From the human T2T-CHM13v2.0 reference genome, Homo sapiens, in the NCBI RefSeq assembly GCF_009914755.1, contig NC_060943.1: a stretch of DNA of 64,000 nucleotides; one strand, given 5' to 3'. How positions within the stretch are numbered: position 1 is the stretch's first letter; the number at the start of each line of letters is the position of its first letter. Below the pieces are notes generated by a model that searched no databases, had not been told where the DNA came from, and worked only from the letters and a program-made list of their open reading frames with translations. This document shows positions 57,173 through 64,000 of this stretch, piece after piece. Made by a program: the position numbers and the translations under genes.

Positions 57173-59442
57173 TTAAGAGTAACTGTCATCAGTGGTGGCT
57201 TATCAGAAAGACCTAGAGTCCAGGTGTTTGAACAGTTTAAACAGAGGCAAATTCATTGTAGTAATTAAACTGGAATAAAATTATTAATTATTTTTCAAGG
57301 TTCTCTAGAAAAAAATATTTCTTCCATAAAACAAATCATTTCGTTTGTGATTTTGTGGCAATAACAAAAGAATATTGGGAATTGTCTGTACTGGCTGGGC
57401 ATGGTGGCTCACACCTGTAATCCCAGCATTTTGGGAGGTCGAGGCGGGTGGATCACCTGAGATCAGGAGTTTGAGACCAGCCTGGCCAAAGGCTGGTGGT
57501 GGCGCATGCCTGTAATCCCAGAAACTTAGGAGGCAGAGGTTGCAGTGAGCCAAGATTGCGTCATTGCACTCCAGGCTGGGTGACAAGAGCAAAACTCCAT
57601 CTCAAAAAAAAAGGAATTGTCTGTACAGATTCCTGAGTCTATAGCACAGTTAAGATAGACATGGCCCCCTATTCTGATATATTCATGTGTTGACCAGGGT
57701 GCATTTTTGTTCATGCTCATTGACATGGTGGAACTGTGCCTGACTTGAGATTTATGGGTAGCATCTAACAAACATAAAGGGTTTAGTGGTGCTGCCACCT
57801 GCGTCCAGTTATTTTGTCAATATTTTCATGAGTATACAAACATGCATAGTGTTGGTGTGGTTATTTGGAGAGAACTACATTTCATACTTTGTTTATAAAA
57901 AGCATAAAATGACAGGAAGGAGGCCAGGTGCGATGGCTCATGTCTGTGATCCCAGCACTTTGGGAGGCTGAGGCGGGTGGATCACGAGGTCAGGAGTTCA
58001 AGACCAGCCTGACCAACATGGTGAAACCCCGTCTCTACTAAAAATACAAAAATTAGCTGGGTGTGGTGGCATGTGCCTGCAGTCCCAGCTACTCAGGAGG
58101 CTGAGGCGGGAGAATTGTTTGAACCGGGGAGCCGAGTTTGCAGTGAGCCGAGATTGCGCCATTGCACTCCAGCCTGGGCGACAGAGGGGGACTCCATGTC
58201 AGAAAAAAAAAAAAAAATGACAGGAAGGACTGAATGTGAGTTATTAGTAAGTAGTGTATTTCACAGTTAGATAATGGAGTCAAAGTGGTCCTGCTTCAGT
58301 TGGACACTAGATATAAGTGGCATGCTTGTTTTCACTTGTGAAAGAAAAGACAGTGGAAGGACATGTACAATAAAGTGGAAATACCACAAGGTATCTAAAA
58401 GAGGAGGCATAATTAGGGTTTTTAATCATATTTTTTAGCTCTCTGGGAACAGAACCCCACCCCTTAAAACGTGTGTCTTTTGTTTGACTTAAATGTTTCT
58501 GATGTTTTTGGGAGTTCATGTACAGAAGCATGGTGTAGCTTGTAAAGATGGGGGGACCCAGAAATCATGTAGTTCTGCCCATAAGACACCACATTACTAT
58601 AGTTAAGATCACATTGTAGGCCAGGCGTGACGGCTCACACCTGTAATCCCAGCACTTTGGGAGGCTGAGGCGGGCGGATCACAGGCTCAGGGGTTCAAAA
58701 CCAGCCTAGCCAATATGGTGAAACCCTGTCTCTACTAAAAATACAAAAAAATTAGCCAGGTGTGGTGGCGCGCCTATAGTCCCAGCTGCTTGGGAGGCTG
58801 AGGCAGAAGAATAGCTTGAAAACCTGGGAGGTAGAGGTTGCAGTGAACCGAGATCACGCTACTGCACTCTAGCCTGGGTGACAGAGTGAGACTCCGTCTC
58901 GAAAAAAAGAAAAAGATCACATTGTAAGTAGAGGATGTAGAAATCTTTTTTTGGCATTGTAGCTAAAGAAATAATGTCCAAGAGTTGCTTTAGGCCACCA
59001 AGCTTTGGACCCAGTTTTATGCTTCAGCAATAAAAGTTATTTACTGTTTTAAAGAAACAAAAAACCAAAACCTTGCCCTGATTTGAAAGTGCATGTAGAG
59101 TTTTTGATTATCACAGAAATTTGTTGTGTACCGTCTTTTTTATTATAAGTTCAGTGCTTTGAAAATTAGAATCCAAGGTGGGTATGGTTGGCTCACGCCT
59201 GTAATCCCAGCACTTTAGGAGACCAAGGTGGGAGGATGGCTTGAGCCCAAGATTTCAAGACCAGCCTGGGCAACATTATGAGACCCTATCTCTCATTTTT
59301 TTTTAAATAAAAATTAAAAAAAAAATTAGAATCCACATATTTGGTGTATACATAGTGTATGCTTTGAGGAACAACAGGATTTCTCTGGTGCTCCTTTGCT
59401 TTCTAAATAGTCATAGCAGTGACCTGTGTGATTCTCCTACAG

Positions 59443-59579
59443 TGAAGACCTAGGAAAGGACGTTGAATTTGAAGTTGTTGGTGATGCCCCGGAAAAAGTG
59501 GGGCCCAAACAAGCTGAAGATGCTGCCAAAAGCATAACCAATGGCAGTGATGATGGAGCTCAGCCCTCCACCTCCACAG
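59443..59579 (+). CDS. UBA2: UBA2 exon 16 (EDLGKDVEFEVVGDAPEKVGPKQAEDAAKSITNGSDDGAQPSTST)
   Basis: ctcctacag / gtgagt; 137 nt. Confidence 0.95.
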
Positions 59580-61089
59580 GTGAGTATGGCCCCAGCCAGC
59601 AGGTTGTTAAATACCCACAAAGCAGAAGTAAAAACAAACTGATTATTAGGAACATTGACCATAAATCCATAAAACTACTAGAGGTGTGTATTGGTTTGGT
59701 ATTGATTGTTGTAATGGAGCTTTGAATTTATGAACCATGAAGACATTTAAGGCTGGGTGTGGTGGCTTACACCTGTAATCCCAGCACTTTGAGAGGCCAA
59801 GATGGGAGTATTACTTGAGGCCAGGAGTTGGAGAACAGCCTGGGCAACACAATGAGAGACCCCCATCTCTACAAAGAAAAAAAAAAATTAACCACGCATG
59901 GTAGCGTGTACCTGTAGTCTCCGCTACTCAGGAGGCTGAAGTGGTTCACTTGAACCCAGGAGTTCGACACTGCAGTGAGCCATGATTGCACCACTGCACT
60001 GCAGCCTGGGCAACAGCAAGACCATGTCTCAAAAAAAAAAAAAAAAAAGTCATTTAAGGCCTGGCATGGTGGCTCACACCTGTAACCCCAACGCTTTGGG
60101 AGGCCGAGGCGGGCAGATCGCCTGAGCTCAGGAGTTTGACACTAACCTGGGCAACACAGGGAAATCCCATCTGTACTAAAAATACAAAAAATTAGCTGGG
60201 CGTGGCAGCATGCGTCTGTAGTCCCAGCTACTCGGGAGGCTGAGGCAGGAGGCGGAGGTTGCAGTGAGCTGGGATCGCGCCACTGCACTCCATCCAGCCT
60301 GGGTGACAGAGCGAGGCTTCCGGCTCCAAACAAACAAGTCATTTAAGACTGGGGGAAATTCTTATGGAAATTTCTTACAGAAAATAAGAACACTTTGTTA
60401 TTTTTTGTTAATTGGTTTTTAACAGTTTGAAATGATAGTTTACTAGTGTGCAAAGTCAGCCTATGTAGTAGCAGGTTGGGGTTTTGTATGCTTGTTTTAA
60501 GGAGCAATAAATCCATGCATCTGACTATTTTGAGTGAACAGGTGCTTGTTAAGTATGGAATTTAGGCATGTTAGAGTTTCCTTGTCACCAGTATGACTTG
60601 GGTATAGTCCTTTCCCCTGGATTTTCAGTGCTGGTGCTTGGTATTTTTCCAAATAACTGATTGTTTACTGTATTCTGATTTGAATATTTACTCCTCTCCC
60701 TTTCTTCCTTTAGTTAGGAAACTAAAGGTTACCAGATTTTGACTTCTTTGTTTTCATTTCTTTGACCCTATGTCTGTGGCATTCTTTGGAATATGTTTAC
60801 TCTTGGCTCTAATGTTCTCTTGAGAATTTTGGAGACGAACATTCAGATTATGGCCTGGGTCATTGGTTCATAACCTGTTTTTTTCCCCCTCACTGAAATT
60901 AGAAAGGTCCGTCATCTTCCTTTGAGGAAGAGACTATCTGGTAGATTTTCCAAAATCATAATTTGAAATGTACATTTATTGATTCTCTACTGTGGGTAGG
61001 TTTCCAAGGTTACAGCCATGAGTAAGATAGGTATTCTGCCTTTGATTTTGTTGGACGAGGAGATAAAACCACCTTTAGTATCAGTTCTG

Positions 61090-61275
61090 CATTGGGGATG
61101 GTTCCTGGCTTCATCCTCTGCTACTATGTAAGCTTGGGAAGTCATTCACTGAGTTTCCTTTCCTGGAAAGCAGATACTCATGTGATCTTCTTTATAGGGT
61201 TGTGATGATTAAATGAGTTGTCATATGCACAGTGCTCAGAACAGTTCCTGGCACATTGTAAGTGCTGTATTGTTG
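61090..61275 (+). mobile_element. MIR element
   Basis: atagggttgtgatgattaaatgag...agtgctcagaacagttcctggcacattgtaagtgct MIR core and 3' end. Confidence 0.7.
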
Positions 61276-61604
61276 TTGCTATTGTTACCACTACTACCAT
61301 TATTAGAATATGTACCCTCTGCTTTTCTATTGGAGAATGTGGAGGTAGAATCAAGGATGTGTAATGAGTACTTTGAGTTACATAATGCTTGTCACAATTT
61401 TTTGTTTTGATTAGAAAATAAATAGGTTCTTATATAAAACATTTAAAACAGTATGGAAATACGTAATGTGTAAAGTGAAAATGCAGCCATTCTTAAGTCT
61501 GGTGTGTATTAGAAGAGTCAGCTTTCAATTATAGAAAATACAGGTGAGCACAGGTAACTCCCACGCTTTTACCCATTTTCTTTTTCCCTTTTTTCTGAAA
61601 TAAG

Positions 61605-61786
61605 CTCAAGAGCAAGATGACGTTCTCATAGTTGATTCAGATGAAGAAGATTCTTCAAATAATGCCGACGTCAGTGAAGAAGAGAGAAGCCGCAAGAGGA
61701 AATTAGATGAGAAAGAGAATCTCAGTGCAAAGAGGTCACGTATAGAACAGAAGGAAGAGCTTGATGATGTCATAGCATTAGATTGA
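61605..61786 (+). CDS. UBA2: UBA2 exon 17 CDS (AQEQDDVLIVDSDEED...RKRKLDEKENLSAKRSR...ELDDVIALD*): SIM-like motifs and bipartite NLS
   Basis: Polypyrimidine tract plus taag acceptor; TGA 61784-61786; total CDS 1923 nt = 640 aa. Confidence 0.96.
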
Positions 61787-62430
61787 ACAGAAATGCCTCT
61801 AAACAGAACCCTCTTACTATTTAGTTTATCTGGGCAGAACCAGATTGTTATGTCCTTTGTTCCAAAGGGAAAAAATTGACAGCAGTGACTTGAAAATGAT
61901 TCTGCTCCCTTTGAAAGCATTCATTTTGCTAGAACTGTTAGACACATTGCAGTATGCTGTATTGAAAGTAGGAATATAGTTTTAAAAACCCTTTGAACAA
62001 AGTGTGTGCATAACCAGTCATGAGATAAAACAACACAATGCATGTTGCCTTTTTAATGTAAATACCCGTAGGTATCATTAATAGTTTCAAAATATTGTGG
62101 TTTAGTAAAGTTGATACCTGGTTATAAATATTATGCCTTTATTTTTGGCTAGAAGAAGAATTATTTTTAGCCTAGATCTAACCATTTTCATACTCTTAAC
62201 TGATTGAAACAGATTCAAAGAAGTATCGAGTGCTATGCATTGAAACTTGTTTTTAAATGTTAGATGGCACTATGTATATTAATGTAAAACAATGTTAATT
62301 TACTCAAGTTTTCAGTTTGTACCGCCTGGTATGTCTGTGTAAGAAGCCAATTTTTGTGTATTGTTACAGTTTCAGGTTATTTATATTCGATGTTTTGTAA
62401 AACTCAAATAACGACTATACTTATGGACCA

Positions 62431-62436
62431 AATAAA
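62431..62436 (+). terminator. UBA2 proximal polyadenylation signal AATAAA
   Basis: Canonical hexamer about 645 nt after the stop, preceded by several TGTA motifs and followed by T/GT-rich sequence. Confidence 0.75.
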
Positions 62437-62497
62437 TGGCATCTGCATTCTTGTTACACATGCCTGCACAGTTCCTGTTTCTGCTGCCTTATATCTA

Positions 62498-64000
<1,503 letters not shown>

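Noticed and set aside
61606-61920. 104-aa Ser-rich antisense ORF over exon 17
   Set aside because: Mirror of the acidic GAA/GAT-rich sense exon

Overview
Human-type (primate, Alu-saturated) genomic DNA with two + strand protein-coding genes in tandem. The first is the last four coding exons of PDCD2L (1725-18688). About 2.3 kb downstream is the complete 17-exon UBA2/SAE2 gene (SUMO E1 catalytic subunit; ATG 21001, TGA 61786) with its CpG-island promoter. The UBA2 exons were joined by hand at GT-AG sites and total 1923 nt = 640 aa + stop. Most of the rest is interspersed repeat: roughly 100 Alus, a full MLT2A-type solo LTR, a truncated MER50-like LTR, an MLT1 LTR, MER1-like and MER47-like DNA transposons, and L1/L2/MIR relics. 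Repeat subfamily names are from memory of consensus sequences, and old-repeat boundaries are approximate. Almost all entries in the ORF track are Alu or CpG-island artefacts. I see no new gene or novel system. The best leads are regulatory hypotheses: (1) a cryptic poison exon or recursive AG|GT site just upstream of UBA2 exon 8; (2) an antisense DUX4-motif MLT2A LTR inside the SUMO E1 gene; (3) alternative polyadenylation controlling an inverted-Alu duplex in the UBA2 3'UTR; (4) Alu-bracketed exons 2-5 that would form a stop-free circular ORF.
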